Part shown: in pieces, positions 36,574 through 47,081 of the stretch | How the letters are laid out: every line of letters begins with the position of its first letter | Position numbering within the stretch: the stretch's first letter is position 1 | Assembly (NCBI GenBank): GCA_963668315.1 | Contig: OY764216.1 | Location: 2,592,001-2,656,000, forward strand | Source of the DNA: Spirochaetia bacterium | GTDB taxonomy: Bacteria; Spirochaetota; Spirochaetia; DSM-2461 | Length of the DNA: 64,000 bases | Reading direction: 5' to 3' | The notes under the pieces: model-generated | The model's input: only the letters and a program-made list of their open reading frames with translations | The model's database searches: none | Told to the model about the DNA's origin: nothing | Program-made: the position numbers and the translations under genes

Positions 36574-39500
36574 GTGGGATTTTTTCGTGTTTTTGTAGAG
36601 AAGAGAGACGGATTCGATCAGGAAGCGGTTCATTTGAAAACCGATTTTCAGGAAACCCTGGGTATTGCGGGCCTTGAGAAGGTCCGCTTGCTGAATATTT
36701 ACGATGTCGATTCCATGAATGAAGCCGACTTCCGGCAGGCGGTTGACAGTATTTTTTCCGAAAGGAATGTGGACAGGGTTCACTATGACCTGTCCGTGCC
36801 GCAGGGAGCCGTTGCGGTGGAAGCTCTGCCGGGGCAGTTCGATCAGAGAGCCGATTCGGCGGCCCAGTGCCTCAAGCTCCTCCATCCCCATTGGGACGGA
36901 CGGGTGAAAACGGGAAAACTGCTCGTCCTTGAAGGAAATATCACAGAAGCGGAACGATCCCGCATCGAGGGATATTTCATTAATCCCCTGGAAATGCGTC
37001 ATAAGGACCTCTCCATCCTGAAAATTGAAGACATCCCTGCCGATATCATACCGGTTGAAACGATTGAAAGGTTTACCCGTTGGAACGGCGAAGAAATGGA
37101 AAAATTCCGCCGCGCCCAGGGCATGGCCATGACCCACGATGATCTGGCCTTCGTCCAAACCTATTTCCGGGATACGGAGAAGCGGGATCCCACCGAGACG
37201 GAGCTTAAAGTACTGGATACCTACTGGTCGGACCATTGCCGCCACACCACTTTCGAGACGGAACTGACCGATATCAAACTTCCCCGGGGCCGTTACGAAG
37301 ACCTGTTTCAGAAAGCCTTTGACGATTATCTGACCGCCCGGGAAAATGTTCACGGCGGAAAAAAGCCCATGACTCTGATGGATATGGCTACCCTGGCCGG
37401 CAAGGAACTGCGCCGCGGGGGAAAGCTGGATGATATGGAAGTCTCCGAGGAGATTAACGCCTGCAGCGTCTTTATCGATGTGGACATCACCGAAGGGGAT
37501 GAAACCCGCATGGAGAAGTGGCTTCTCATGTTCAAGAATGAGACCCATAACCATCCTACGGAGATAGAGCCCTTCGGGGGAGCCTCCACCTGTATCGGGG
37601 GGGCCATCCGCGATCCCCTTTCCGGTCGTTCCTACGTCTACCAGGCCATGCGCCTTACCGGGGCGGGCGACCCTCGCGTTCCCATTGAGGAGACCATGGA
37701 GGGGAAACTTCCCCAGAAGGTCATAACCAAAGGCGCCGCCCGGGGCTACAGCTCCTACGGCAACCAGATCGGTCTGGCCACCAGTTTCGTCAAAGAGATT
37801 TATCATCCCGGCTACCGGGCCAAGAGAATGGAAGTGGGAGCCGTCGTCGGTGCCGTTCCCGCCGACTGGGTCAGAAGGGAAACTCCCCGGCCCGGTGATG
37901 TGGTCATACTTCTGGGAGGCAAGACGGGCCGTGACGGCTGCGGCGGCGCCACCGGTTCCAGCAAGGCCCACACGACGGAATCGCTGGAGACATGCGGTGC
38001 CGAAGTGCAGAAGGGCAACGCTCCGGAGGAAAGAAAGATTCAGCGTCTCTTCCGGAATCCCGAGGTAACCTCCCTCATTAAAAAGTGTAACGACTTCGGT
38101 GCCGGCGGCGTGTCCGTGGCTATCGGAGAGCTGAGCGACGGCCTGGATATCCGGCTCGACCGGGTCCCCGTTAAATATCTCGGACTGAACGGTACGGAAC
38201 TGGCCATAAGCGAATCTCAGGAAAGAATGGCCGTCGTCGTGGAGAAGAAGGACCGGGAGGCTTTTCTCTCCCTGGCCGATAAGGAGAATCTGGAGGCGGT
38301 GGAGGTGGCTGTCGTCACCGATGACAACCGCCTGCGCATGACCTGGAGGGACAGGGAAATCGTCAATATCGACAGGGCTTTTCTCGATACAAACGGTGTG
38401 AGATCCGAAGCGTCCGTCAAGGTCGTACTGGACGATAAGGGCGCCGATCCCTTTGCCAGAAGTCCCGAAGGAGCCGACGGAGGGGAGAAATTCCTCAACC
38501 ATCTGGCCTCCCTGGAAGTGGCTTCCCAGAAGGGTCTTGTGGAGATGTTTGACTCCACCATCGGGGCCGGTACGGTTCTCATGCCCTACGGGGGAAAGAA
38601 CCAGCTCTCCGAGAGCGAATGTTCCGTTCATAAGCTGCCCCTGCTCAAGGGAAGCACCGATACGGCCAGTTTCATATCCTGCGGCTACAATCCGGATATC
38701 TCCAGCTGGAGTCCCTTCCATGGGGCCGCCTGGGCTGTGGCGGAATCCCTGACCCGTCTGGTGGCTGCGGGCGGGAAATGGAGGGAGACGAGGTTTTCCT
38801 TCCAGGAGTATTTCCGCCGTCTGGGAGATGACCCTGAGAACTGGGGCCTCCCCTTCGCCGCCCTATTGGGGGCTCTGAAAATCCAGAGGGACCTGGAACT
38901 CCCCGCCATCGGCGGTAAGGACAGCATGTCCGGCTCCTTCGGCGAACTGAATGTTCCCCCCACGCTTATCTCCTTTGCCGTTACGACCGGTAAGGCTTCC
39001 CAAACGGTCTCCACCGATTTCAAAGGGGCCGGTCATCGGCTCTACCTCCTGAAGAATATTCCCGACGGAGACAATATGCCCCGTTCCTCTGAAATGGGGG
39101 TTCTTTTCGATACCCTCCAGAGCTGGATTGAGGGGGGTGTCATTCTCTCCGCCCAGTCGCTGAAGGCCGGAGGAGCGGCTGAGGCCCTTTTCAAGGGCGC
39201 CGTCGGTAACGGAATCGGTGTGAAGGTCACCGCTCTGGTACCGGAAGAGCTTTATGCCCTGTCCTACGGTTCTTTTATTCTGGAGACCGAGGAAACCCTG
39301 TCCCTGGAAGGAACAGGCCTTGATGCCGGACACCTTGTGGAGATCGGAGCAACCGAAGACTCTTCCCGCCTTACCCTGTCCCATGGGAATCAGGTCCTTT
39401 TCGACCTCTCCCTGGATGAGTGTATCAACCGCTGGACCGGCGTTCTGCAGCATGTCTTTGAGGACCTGACGTCCGACGGCGGTGAAACTCTGTCGCCCCG

Positions 39501-40347
39501 GGATTACACCGGAGGAGCGGCTGTAAAATCCGCCGGTCTTTCGCTCAAAGCCAAGCCAAGGGTCATCATACCCGTATTCCCCGGTACCAACTGCGAGTAC
39601 GACACGTTCCGGGCCTTCGAAAAAGCCGGGGCCGCCGGGGAGATCCTCCTTTTCAGGAATCGGACGGCCAGTCAGATAGAGGAGTCTCTCGACCGGCTTG
39701 TCAGAGAACTGGACAACAGCCAGCTCCTCATGCTTTCCGGTGGATTTTCCGCCGGTGACGAGCCGGAAGGGTCGGGAAAATTCATCGCCAATATTCTTTC
39801 CAACAGCGCGGTGAGCGATGCGGTTCACCGGCTTCTGGACAGGGACGGCCTGATTCTGGGAATCTGCAACGGTTTCCAGGCTCTGGTGAAGAGCGGTCTT
39901 CTGCCCCATGGCAGGATCACCCCCCAGAAGGAGGATTCCCCCACCCTGACTTACAACAATATCGGACGGCACGTCTCCCGCATGGCGACTCTCAGGGTGG
40001 CTTCCAACCTCTCTCCCTGGCTCTCCCGCATGGAAGTGGGAGATCTCCATAATGTGGCATTGTCCCACGGGGAGGGTAAGTTTTACGCCGAACCGGATGT
40101 TATGGAGAGCCTCGTGGCGGGCGGTCAGGTCTGTTTTCAGTATGCCGACGGCGATGGCCGTCCCACCATGGACCGCCGGTTTAATCCCAACGGTTCGGTC
40201 AATGGCGTGGAGGGAATCTGCTCTCCCGACGGCCGGGTTCTTGGCAAGATGGGGCATTCCGAGCGTTACGGAGAAAATCTCTTCCGGAATATCCCGGGCG
40301 AGAAGAACCAGCCACTCTTCGACGGAGGCGTGGGATACTTCCTCTAG
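36574..40347 (+). CDS. purL: Phosphoribosylformylglycinamidine synthase (large, fused glutaminase)
   Basis: TYWSDHCRH, KNETHNHPTEIEPFGGA, SESQERM, IGGKDSMSG, FPGTNCE, LGICNGFQ, MGHSER. AAGGAG RBS before the GTG at 36574. Confidence 0.97.
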   Translation: MGFFRVFVEKRDGFDQEAVHLKTDFQETLGIAGLEKVRLLNIYDVDSMNEADFRQAVDSIFSERNVDRVHYDLSVPQGAVAVEALPGQFDQRADSAAQCLKLLHPHWDGRVKTGKLLVLEGNITEAERSRIEGYFINPLEMRHKDLSILKIEDIPADIIPVETIERFTRWNGEEMEKFRRAQGMAMTHDDLAFVQTYFRDTEKRDPTETELKVLDTYWSDHCRHTTFETELTDIKLPRGRYEDLFQKAFDDYLTARENVHGGKKPMTLMDMATLAGKELRRGGKLDDMEVSEEINACSVFIDVDITEGDETRMEKWLLMFKNETHNHPTEIEPFGGASTCIGGAIRDPLSGRSYVYQAMRLTGAGDPRVPIEETMEGKLPQKVITKGAARGYSSYGNQIGLATSFVKEIYHPGYRAKRMEVGAVVGAVPADWVRRETPRPGDVVILLGGKTGRDGCGGATGSSKAHTTESLETCGAEVQKGNAPEERKIQRLFRNPEVTSLIKKCNDFGAGGVSVAIGELSDGLDIRLDRVPVKYLGLNGTELAISESQERMAVVVEKKDREAFLSLADKENLEAVEVAVVTDDNRLRMTWRDREIVNIDRAFLDTNGVRSEASVKVVLDDKGADPFARSPEGADGGEKFLNHLASLEVASQKGLVEMFDSTIGAGTVLMPYGGKNQLSESECSVHKLPLLKGSTDTASFISCGYNPDISSWSPFHGAAWAVAESLTRLVAAGGKWRETRFSFQEYFRRLGDDPENWGLPFAALLGALKIQRDLELPAIGGKDSMSGSFGELNVPPTLISFAVTTGKASQTVSTDFKGAGHRLYLLKNIPDGDNMPRSSEMGVLFDTLQSWIEGGVILSAQSLKAGGAAEALFKGAVGNGIGVKVTALVPEELYALSYGSFILETEETLSLEGTGLDAGHLVEIGATEDSSRLTLSHGNQVLFDLSLDECINRWTGVLQHVFEDLTSDGGETLSPRDYTGGAAVKSAGLSLKAKPRVIIPVFPGTNCEYDTFRAFEKAGAAGEILLFRNRTASQIEESLDRLVRELDNSQLLMLSGGFSAGDEPEGSGKFIANILSNSAVSDAVHRLLDRDGLILGICNGFQALVKSGLLPHGRITPQKEDSPTLTYNNIGRHVSRMATLRVASNLSPWLSRMEVGDLHNVALSHGEGKFYAEPDVMESLVAGGQVCFQYADGDGRPTMDRRFNPNGSVNGVEGICSPDGRVLGKMGHSERYGENLFRNIPGEKNQPLFDGGVGYFL

Positions 40348-40357
40348 GAAGCTATTG

Positions 40358-40388
40358 AAAGGGGCTCCCCATGGGGAGCCCTTTTTTT
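40358..40388 (+). terminator. Intrinsic terminator after purL
   Basis: GGGCTCCC-CATG-GGGAGCCC-TTTTTTT. Confidence 0.85.
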
Positions 40389-40417
40389 CGGGCGGTGATT
40401 CTTTTTCTGAGGTTTTG

Positions 40418-43400
40418 TTAAAAGGTCAGGGTCAGTTCCACGCCCAGTTCCGAACCGGCTTTGGTCCGGGTTTCGTTCCAGTTGACTCCCAGTTTCATCC
40501 AGCCGGCCAGAGTTCCCAGGTCGTCGATATAGAGCACCGATCTGTGGACAGCCCCCGTTTCATGGGAGTAATCGTCCCCGGAGTTCTCAAACTCGTAACT
40601 CAGCGTTTCGCTGTTCTGCACATAGCTTTCCGTCGAAATAATATAGCGGGAGAAGGGTATCTTCCGATAGGGTTTCCGATCGGTTTTCCAGAGATAGGAG
40701 ACGGAGAGCTGTTCCTCCAGTTCCTGTTCCTCAAAACTGTAGGTCAGATCGTTTTCCGCCGTGAATGTCGCTCCTCCCTCTCCCTCAAATCGACTGTAGC
40801 AGTTCCATGAAAGGCTCTCCCATGCGGGGACGGCGCTGTTTTTCCCCGAAAGGGTCCAGGTATAGGTATTGGCGATCTCTTCGGTGGCGTAGAAGGGAAA
40901 TACCGGAGTGGTTCCGAAGCTTCCGAAGACATTCAGGGCGCGCTGCTGCAGGGTGAAATCCCAGCTTGTCTTGTAGTATCGGCTGTCCGTTTCTCCTTTG
41001 TAGAGCCGGCTGATCTCCGCCTCGGCCAGAGAGGGGAGGAACAGGTCGGAAATATGTGACCCGTAGGGCCTGTTCAATGCCAGGGAAAAAGCCGGATTGT
41101 AGGCATAGGTTCCCCTTTCGGGTAATTGATTCATCACATTTTCGCTGACAGCCAGTTCATAGAGAGGGACGAAATGGGACAGGGGAAGCAGGGGCATGAT
41201 ATTGTCCGACCAGGCGGCGTAATCGTCGGCGAATGTATTTGTCTTGGACTGTATGTCCGTCAGGCTTATGTCCCGGCTGTATTCGGGGGTCAGAGTCAGG
41301 GTGCGCTCAGTGCCCAGTTTGATGGGAACGGACAGGGATGAGGAAAGATCGCTTGTCTGTTTCCACGCGGTGCTTCTGACCAGATTCGTCCCATAGGAGA
41401 GGGCCAGCTTGGGCGAGCAGCGCTCTCCCTTCCAGGAATAACTCAGATCACCCGAGGCGGACCGGTTCTCCACGTCCGTTCCGTCGGGAATGAGGTAACC
41501 CCAGGAATTTCCCCACAGGGAGAAATAATCCAGTCTGCGGGGAGACGTTTCCTCCGACAGGGAATCCCAGGTATTCTTCAGGGATAGCTGCCATTGTTCC
41601 GAGGAGGCGGTGAGGCTGCCGCTCCAGTCCTGGGTCAGCTCTTCCTGGTCGAGGACCGCTTCGTGATCCCCCTTGATCTTCACCGAGGCCGGGAGGGTCA
41701 GGCCGGCCGACGCCGTATGGCTCAGAAGGGGAGTGTCGCTGTCATCCCCCCGGGCGAAATTCTCCTCCAGCACCAGGGGGGAATCGACTGTGGGAAATGT
41801 CAGTCCGTGACCGCCCCACAGGGTAAAATCTTCTCCGTCCCAGCTGCCGTCACCCTGAAGGCTCAGTCCCAGATACATGACCTCCGTACCCGTCTGCCCC
41901 TGAAAGGAGACGGAGCCTTCCCTGCCGGCAACGCCGCCGGTGCGTCCCGAGAGCGATCCCGATGTGGTCAGATCCAGAAAGGTCCCTCCCAGCCAGCGGA
42001 ATCCGGTAGCGCCGGTCAGGTAGGCGTCGCTGGCGTAGTTCAGGCTGACGGTGGTCTTCCCGTTCAGAGCCACCACCGGTTCCTCGAAGTAGATCTCATC
42101 GATCCACAAAGAGCCGGTCCCGTCGGGATCTCCCTCTCCTGTGAGGGCTATCCGGTTTAGGGTCGCCGTACCTCTGTCTATGGTCAGGGCCGAATCGGCG
42201 ACTCCCCCGTCAAAACGGGCGGTTTTTTCCGTTAGGTCTATGGTGACCATCTGCCAGGCCGTTTCGGAGCCGTCTGTGTCCCAGTCCAGATGGACGCCCT
42301 TGTCATCGGTGTCGGTCAGATTCAGGGAGTAGGAGCCGACGGAACCATCGTGCCTGATGAAAAAACGGACTTTCCCGAAGCGGGTGAGATCCTTGGCGTC
42401 AATCCAGCTGACGGCTTTCCATCTTTCCGTGGGGTCAAATCCGGTCCAGTCGATTCTTGTCACCCGCTGATCGGAGCCGTCCTTATGGAACTGCTCTATC
42501 TCATCGGAGTAGGCCGATTCCAGGGTTGAATCGGTGACTTCGGACATACCCGTTTCCGCGGTACTGCTGGTGATTTCGTTCTCCACGGAGAGGGCGAAGG
42601 TCTGTCCCACCAGCTCCAGTCCTCCGATGAGAACCTGATGGCTTCCCGTGCCCCAGGAATCGACCGTCAGATCGGGATCGGTGAGGGAACCGTCCGTATT
42701 GGAGAAGAGAAAGCGGAGGGACCGTGTTTTGGTCAGAGCCTGACGGTCGAGGCTGTCCAGGTTCCAGGTCACCTGTTCCCAGGAGCCGCTGTCGAACTCG
42801 GTGGAATCAATGACTTCCGTCGCCACCAGGGATTCGTCGTAATCCTCGATAAAACCGTCCTCGTCAAAATCGGTTTTCTCCCCCGTTTCCCCCAGCTTGA
42901 GAATAAGGTCCCCCGCCGTTCCCGAGAGGACTCTTACGTAAAATCTGATCTCCTGCAGGGTGGAGTAGTCCGCCGTTCCGTCGGAGGTCAGGTGCAGATC
43001 GGCACCGGTCCATTCCGACGAGGCCAGGGTGAACGAGGCGTCCAGGGCATAATCTTCAAAGGGGGCACCACCCGGGGATTCGTTCACCAGAGGACCGGCA
43101 GAACTGTTCATGACCACGTAGTCGGCCGAAGGAAAATCATTGTCCGTTTCGCTGTTTCCCGCTTTCGGTTCAGCCAGGGCTTCCTCGTATACGGGATAGG
43201 CCGAAAGGGCGTCTTCCATGCCCAGTATCCGTTCTATGCCGTCGGCGTCTCCCAGGTCGGCCTCTCCGGTAAGCTCCGCCTTAAGGGAAAGGTCGTCCCC
43301 CCTATGGTTCCATGTCACGCCCAGCTGGACGGTTCCCCCGTCTTCGGTGGAGCTGTCCGCTCCGTCGGGAAAAACATAGTTGAAGGATTCCGCCGTTTCC

Positions 43401-44965
43401 AGGGTATCCCTCTCCGAAAGGGTGAACCGGTTCCCCTGGTAGATGAGCATCTCCTGCCCTTCGAAATTCAGGGTTTCCCGGCGGTAAGAGAATTCGATGC
43501 GGTCATCGGGAAAGATATAGCGGTTGAAGCTCACCGTTCCCCGGTCGCTGTCCAGGGTGTAGTTGTATTCGGGACTGCCGTTGACCGTGACCGACAGAGA
43601 GCCGGGAACTACGCCCGTCCCCAGACGGTACCCGCTGCTTCCCGTTTTGCTCACCAGATGCAGCCGGTGGGAGACCAGCTCCGTTCGGTTGACCGGGGCG
43701 TTTCCGTAAACCTCGGGAAACACGTCGCCCAGGGGGTAGCGGTTAAGGGCATCCCTTGTGCCGGCCCCCGTCCTGTAGAGGGTGAGAATCTTATCATCCG
43801 AAGCGCTTTCCCAGGAAAAACCGGAAGGGTCATCGGTCTCCGATCCATAACGGTCGGCCAGATGAAGGGAATTTTTCAGGCTGTTGGACGAGAGGGTCAG
43901 ACCGTAGGAGTAGCGGCTGTACTGGGCGAAGGGGGAGAACCTTTCCGGCTCATAAATAAGCAGACAGGGGTAGCCGTTAATCGTCTCCTGCCGGGACTCG
44001 CCGTATGTCCCGCCCCGCGTGTCGTACGGGTCGTCGGCCGTCCAGCTGAAAGCTTCGGCTGTGGCGGCGACATCGGGGATTCCCGAGCCGTCGGACGTGG
44101 GGGGAATGACCGCGCCCGATCCCAGGGAAATATGCCCTACGGGAAGGCCGCCCGACGTATAGTAGACCGCCACGGGCCCGTCAAAATCCTCTTCCAGGGT
44201 AAGGATACCTTCCGTGCTGTCTATGAGGTAGTCCCCCTCTTCGGCCAGCCGGTAGGAATAGGAAGACGATCCCTGGTAGGAGCCGTCGTCGTCCCTGATA
44301 TAGACGCGCAGGTTGGCTATGTCGGTATCGGGGAGCAGAAAGCGGCGGTTGGGAAGATAGTCGTAGAGTTCCAGGTACTCTTCGTTCGCTTCATAGGTGC
44401 CGATATAGGTTTTGCTCTCCTCCCAGGTCCCGTCGAAGCGTATCATCAGTTCGTTCTGCATTTTGTCGCCGGCCCCTTTGAGGGTGATGCCCGGCGTATT
44501 GTAAAGGGGGCTGGACACATCAAGGCCGGCGTAGCTGTCGGTGGTAATGGAAGTGTTGCCCAGTTTCACCGATTGGAGGTACTCCTCCCCGGTCCCCTGG
44601 TAGCCAAGGAGATAGGTGTTTTTATCGTAATCCTCCACGACGCTTGTCTCGAAGAAATACCGGTCGTCTATCCAGAGGGAGAGGAGAAGATCGGGGGTCT
44701 GGAGAAAACGGAAGCCCGTGGTATAGTCGTCAAAGGAGGCGTTCCAGTCATATCCGCCGTCCTCTATTTTCACGGCCAGTCCCGATGAGAAATGGAAGCG
44801 CCAGTAGCCGTCCCAGTAGAAATCGACGTTCTGGTCGCCCATCTGATATGTCCAGAGATAGGGGGACGCTTCTTCCGTATCCCCTTCGTCCTCGGCCTGG
44901 AGAAGGGGGAGGGAGAGAAGGAAAAAAAGCAAGGGGGCAAAAAAAATGTGTGCTTTTATTTTCAC
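40418..44965 (-). CDS. Large exported beta-rich protein, probable outer-membrane barrel with SprA-like motifs
   Basis: Signal peptide (LQA), 1515 aa, amphipathic strands, C-terminal ELGVELTLTF. Confidence 0.55.
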   Translation of the reverse strand: MKIKAHIFFAPLLFFLLSLPLLQAEDEGDTEEASPYLWTYQMGDQNVDFYWDGYWRFHFSSGLAVKIEDGGYDWNASFDDYTTGFRFLQTPDLLLSLWIDDRYFFETSVVEDYDKNTYLLGYQGTGEEYLQSVKLGNTSITTDSYAGLDVSSPLYNTPGITLKGAGDKMQNELMIRFDGTWEESKTYIGTYEANEEYLELYDYLPNRRFLLPDTDIANLRVYIRDDDGSYQGSSSYSYRLAEEGDYLIDSTEGILTLEEDFDGPVAVYYTSGGLPVGHISLGSGAVIPPTSDGSGIPDVAATAEAFSWTADDPYDTRGGTYGESRQETINGYPCLLIYEPERFSPFAQYSRYSYGLTLSSNSLKNSLHLADRYGSETDDPSGFSWESASDDKILTLYRTGAGTRDALNRYPLGDVFPEVYGNAPVNRTELVSHRLHLVSKTGSSGYRLGTGVVPGSLSVTVNGSPEYNYTLDSDRGTVSFNRYIFPDDRIEFSYRRETLNFEGQEMLIYQGNRFTLSERDTLETAESFNYVFPDGADSSTEDGGTVQLGVTWNHRGDDLSLKAELTGEADLGDADGIERILGMEDALSAYPVYEEALAEPKAGNSETDNDFPSADYVVMNSSAGPLVNESPGGAPFEDYALDASFTLASSEWTGADLHLTSDGTADYSTLQEIRFYVRVLSGTAGDLILKLGETGEKTDFDEDGFIEDYDESLVATEVIDSTEFDSGSWEQVTWNLDSLDRQALTKTRSLRFLFSNTDGSLTDPDLTVDSWGTGSHQVLIGGLELVGQTFALSVENEITSSTAETGMSEVTDSTLESAYSDEIEQFHKDGSDQRVTRIDWTGFDPTERWKAVSWIDAKDLTRFGKVRFFIRHDGSVGSYSLNLTDTDDKGVHLDWDTDGSETAWQMVTIDLTEKTARFDGGVADSALTIDRGTATLNRIALTGEGDPDGTGSLWIDEIYFEEPVVALNGKTTVSLNYASDAYLTGATGFRWLGGTFLDLTTSGSLSGRTGGVAGREGSVSFQGQTGTEVMYLGLSLQGDGSWDGEDFTLWGGHGLTFPTVDSPLVLEENFARGDDSDTPLLSHTASAGLTLPASVKIKGDHEAVLDQEELTQDWSGSLTASSEQWQLSLKNTWDSLSEETSPRRLDYFSLWGNSWGYLIPDGTDVENRSASGDLSYSWKGERCSPKLALSYGTNLVRSTAWKQTSDLSSSLSVPIKLGTERTLTLTPEYSRDISLTDIQSKTNTFADDYAAWSDNIMPLLPLSHFVPLYELAVSENVMNQLPERGTYAYNPAFSLALNRPYGSHISDLFLPSLAEAEISRLYKGETDSRYYKTSWDFTLQQRALNVFGSFGTTPVFPFYATEEIANTYTWTLSGKNSAVPAWESLSWNCYSRFEGEGGATFTAENDLTYSFEEQELEEQLSVSYLWKTDRKPYRKIPFSRYIISTESYVQNSETLSYEFENSGDDYSHETGAVHRSVLYIDDLGTLAGWMKLGVNWNETRTKAGSELGVELTLTF

Positions 44966-45019
44966 TATGTATTATTATTTACATGAACCGGGATGAAAAA
45001 TCAAGGTGAAATGGATTGA

Positions 45020-45955
45020 GTGATGAATGAGATTGATGAGTTGACCAAAGAAAAGGCGAAACAGTTTATAACCAGGCTCATGTCCAATCCGGCGCTCCAG
45101 GGAATGGCGCCCCTGAAAAAGGAACAGCAGATCCGGTATTTTCTCAAAGTGAATGAGAGTCAGCTTCTTCCCACATTGTCATCCCCCGCTTTTTTCCCGG
45201 GCAAAACTCCCGGCGAAATATATAATATCCTTGAATCGGCCCTGAGAGGCATGACGGGGGAACTGCTGAATCCCCGGATCAGGCAGTTTTTCTCTTCCGG
45301 CCTGAGGCCTGCCGCTCTGGTCAGTGCCGTGGGCGACCCGGGCCTTGATGTGACCCGGCTCAGAGAGACCCTGTGGAAGCTCTTTACCCTCATCCTTGAT
45401 TCAAAGGAGGGACGGGAAGCCCTGGTCCCCGCTCTTACCCTTATCGATTCACCCATTTTCGACCGCTACGTGCCCCAGATCATACAGAGACAGAAATATA
45501 TCTCCTTTGAAATCCGCATGGTGCAGAGATTCAAGGAAGTACAGGAAAATATTATCGACTATCTGAAGCTCATTGTTCTTCTCAAGCCGATTGTGTATAC
45601 CTTCCTTACGAACACGGGAGAGCTGGTGAACGGCTGTATTTCCGTACCCTACTGCAATGTCATCGCCCATCAGCTGAGCCGCAAGTATCCCTCCCTGCCG
45701 GAGCCGATTCTCAAGGGGATCATTCAGGCCAACGTGTCGTTTCAGGATGAGAGAAATCTTCCGGCCACAAGCCGGCTGGCGGGAATCTTTACCCAGAGAG
45801 CCCTGCACTGGAATCCGGCTCAGAAAATCGACAGGGGTGCCGAGACATCCGATAAGAGCTGGTTCAGCATAACAAGGAAAAATTACCGCTATTACGGATA
45901 CGATCTGGACATGCTTTTGGAGTTGTATAATATAGCATCGGAACTGGGGTGGTAG
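45020..45955 (+). CDS. Hypothetical cytoplasmic protein
   Basis: 311-aa ORF 1 nt upstream of the next gene; no recognised motif. Confidence 0.7.
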   Translation: MMNEIDELTKEKAKQFITRLMSNPALQGMAPLKKEQQIRYFLKVNESQLLPTLSSPAFFPGKTPGEIYNILESALRGMTGELLNPRIRQFFSSGLRPAALVSAVGDPGLDVTRLRETLWKLFTLILDSKEGREALVPALTLIDSPIFDRYVPQIIQRQKYISFEIRMVQRFKEVQENIIDYLKLIVLLKPIVYTFLTNTGELVNGCISVPYCNVIAHQLSRKYPSLPEPILKGIIQANVSFQDERNLPATSRLAGIFTQRALHWNPAQKIDRGAETSDKSWFSITRKNYRYYGYDLDMLLELYNIASELGW

Positions 45956-45956
45956 A

Positions 45957-47081
45957 ATGAAGAACCGATTCAATACGTTTTTGGAAAATCTGGTGATGGC
46001 CGTTATCTTTCTTGTCCTCGTCCAGACTTTTCTGGCCGATCTGGCCGTGGTCGCCGACTGGGAGTGGTCCTTCCGCCGGATAATGATCTGGTCCGCCTTC
46101 GGCTTCGATCTGTTCTTTACCATGGAATTTCTCATCCGATTCTTCGGGGCCCTGTATAACGGCAGGGGCGAAGTGAAAAGGTATTTTCTCTACCGCCAGG
46201 GATGGGTCGACCTGATCGTCTCCATCCCCCTCCTGCTTTTCAGCTCCACCCCGGAGCTCTTCGCCCTTCTGACCGGTTCGGTCATCGCCGGATTCGGCGG
46301 TTCTCTGAATATTCTCAAGGTGGTCAAGTCGATCCGCATCGCCCGTCTTCTCAGGCTTCTCAGGGTTCTGAAGATCTTCAAGCACATCAAATATGCCGAT
46401 TCCGTCATGGCCCAGAGGCACACGTCGCGGATCGTCACCACCGTGGTCACTTCGGTCATCCTGGCGCTCACGGTTATGTCCTTTACGGCCTCCTTTTTCT
46501 ATTTCGACGATCTGACAAGCCGCTACGAACAGGACCAGAGGGAGAGTATGCTCTATCTGCTGTCCAGCGGGATGCTGGAGGACGGGGGAGACCGGCTGGC
46601 GGACTACTGCACGGATCAGACAGATTTTCTCATTATCAAAAAGGGCCGTGCCGATCTTTACAGCCGTTATTCCCAGGACGAATACACCCGTTCCTACGGC
46701 TTCAGCGACTACGCCTATCTCTCCTCCGGGGAGTACGGCTTCTACTATGATCTCAAGCCGATCAATGTCTCCGACGCCTGGAACAGCCTGGTCGTCTTCG
46801 GGGAAATTATCTTCGTGATTCTGGTCATCATGATCACCTACAGCACCCATTTCGCCATTAATGTGACCGATCCGATCAATATCATGTATAAAGGGCTGAA
46901 CGAAGAGGAGTACAACCTGGAGGTGGCCATTCCCGAGAATTACAGGAGTGACGATATCTTTCGCCTGTCCGAAAGCTATAATAACGAGTTCCTTCCGCTG
47001 AAGGCCCGGACGGTCAGGAGGGAAGGGGAGGAGAAACCCGCCCTAGATCTGAACGATCTGACGGACCTTTTCAAGATCTGA
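45957..47081 (+). CDS. Ion_trans-like voltage-sensor membrane protein with HAMP-like tail
   Basis: S2 FDLFFTMEFLIRF, S3 GWVDLIVSIP, S4 KSIRIARLLRLLRVLK, two further TMs, then VTDPI..M..GL...DDIFRLSESYN. Confidence 0.7.
   Translation: MKNRFNTFLENLVMAVIFLVLVQTFLADLAVVADWEWSFRRIMIWSAFGFDLFFTMEFLIRFFGALYNGRGEVKRYFLYRQGWVDLIVSIPLLLFSSTPELFALLTGSVIAGFGGSLNILKVVKSIRIARLLRLLRVLKIFKHIKYADSVMAQRHTSRIVTTVVTSVILALTVMSFTASFFYFDDLTSRYEQDQRESMLYLLSSGMLEDGGDRLADYCTDQTDFLIIKKGRADLYSRYSQDEYTRSYGFSDYAYLSSGEYGFYYDLKPINVSDAWNSLVVFGEIIFVILVIMITYSTHFAINVTDPINIMYKGLNEEEYNLEVAIPENYRSDDIFRLSESYNNEFLPLKARTVRREGEEKPALDLNDLTDLFKI

Noticed and set aside
36556..44788. Long antisense ORFs over purL and the 1515-aa gene (likewise 18362-19891 and 20291-21928)
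   Set aside because: Shadow ORFs opposite well-supported genes; no recognisable domains.
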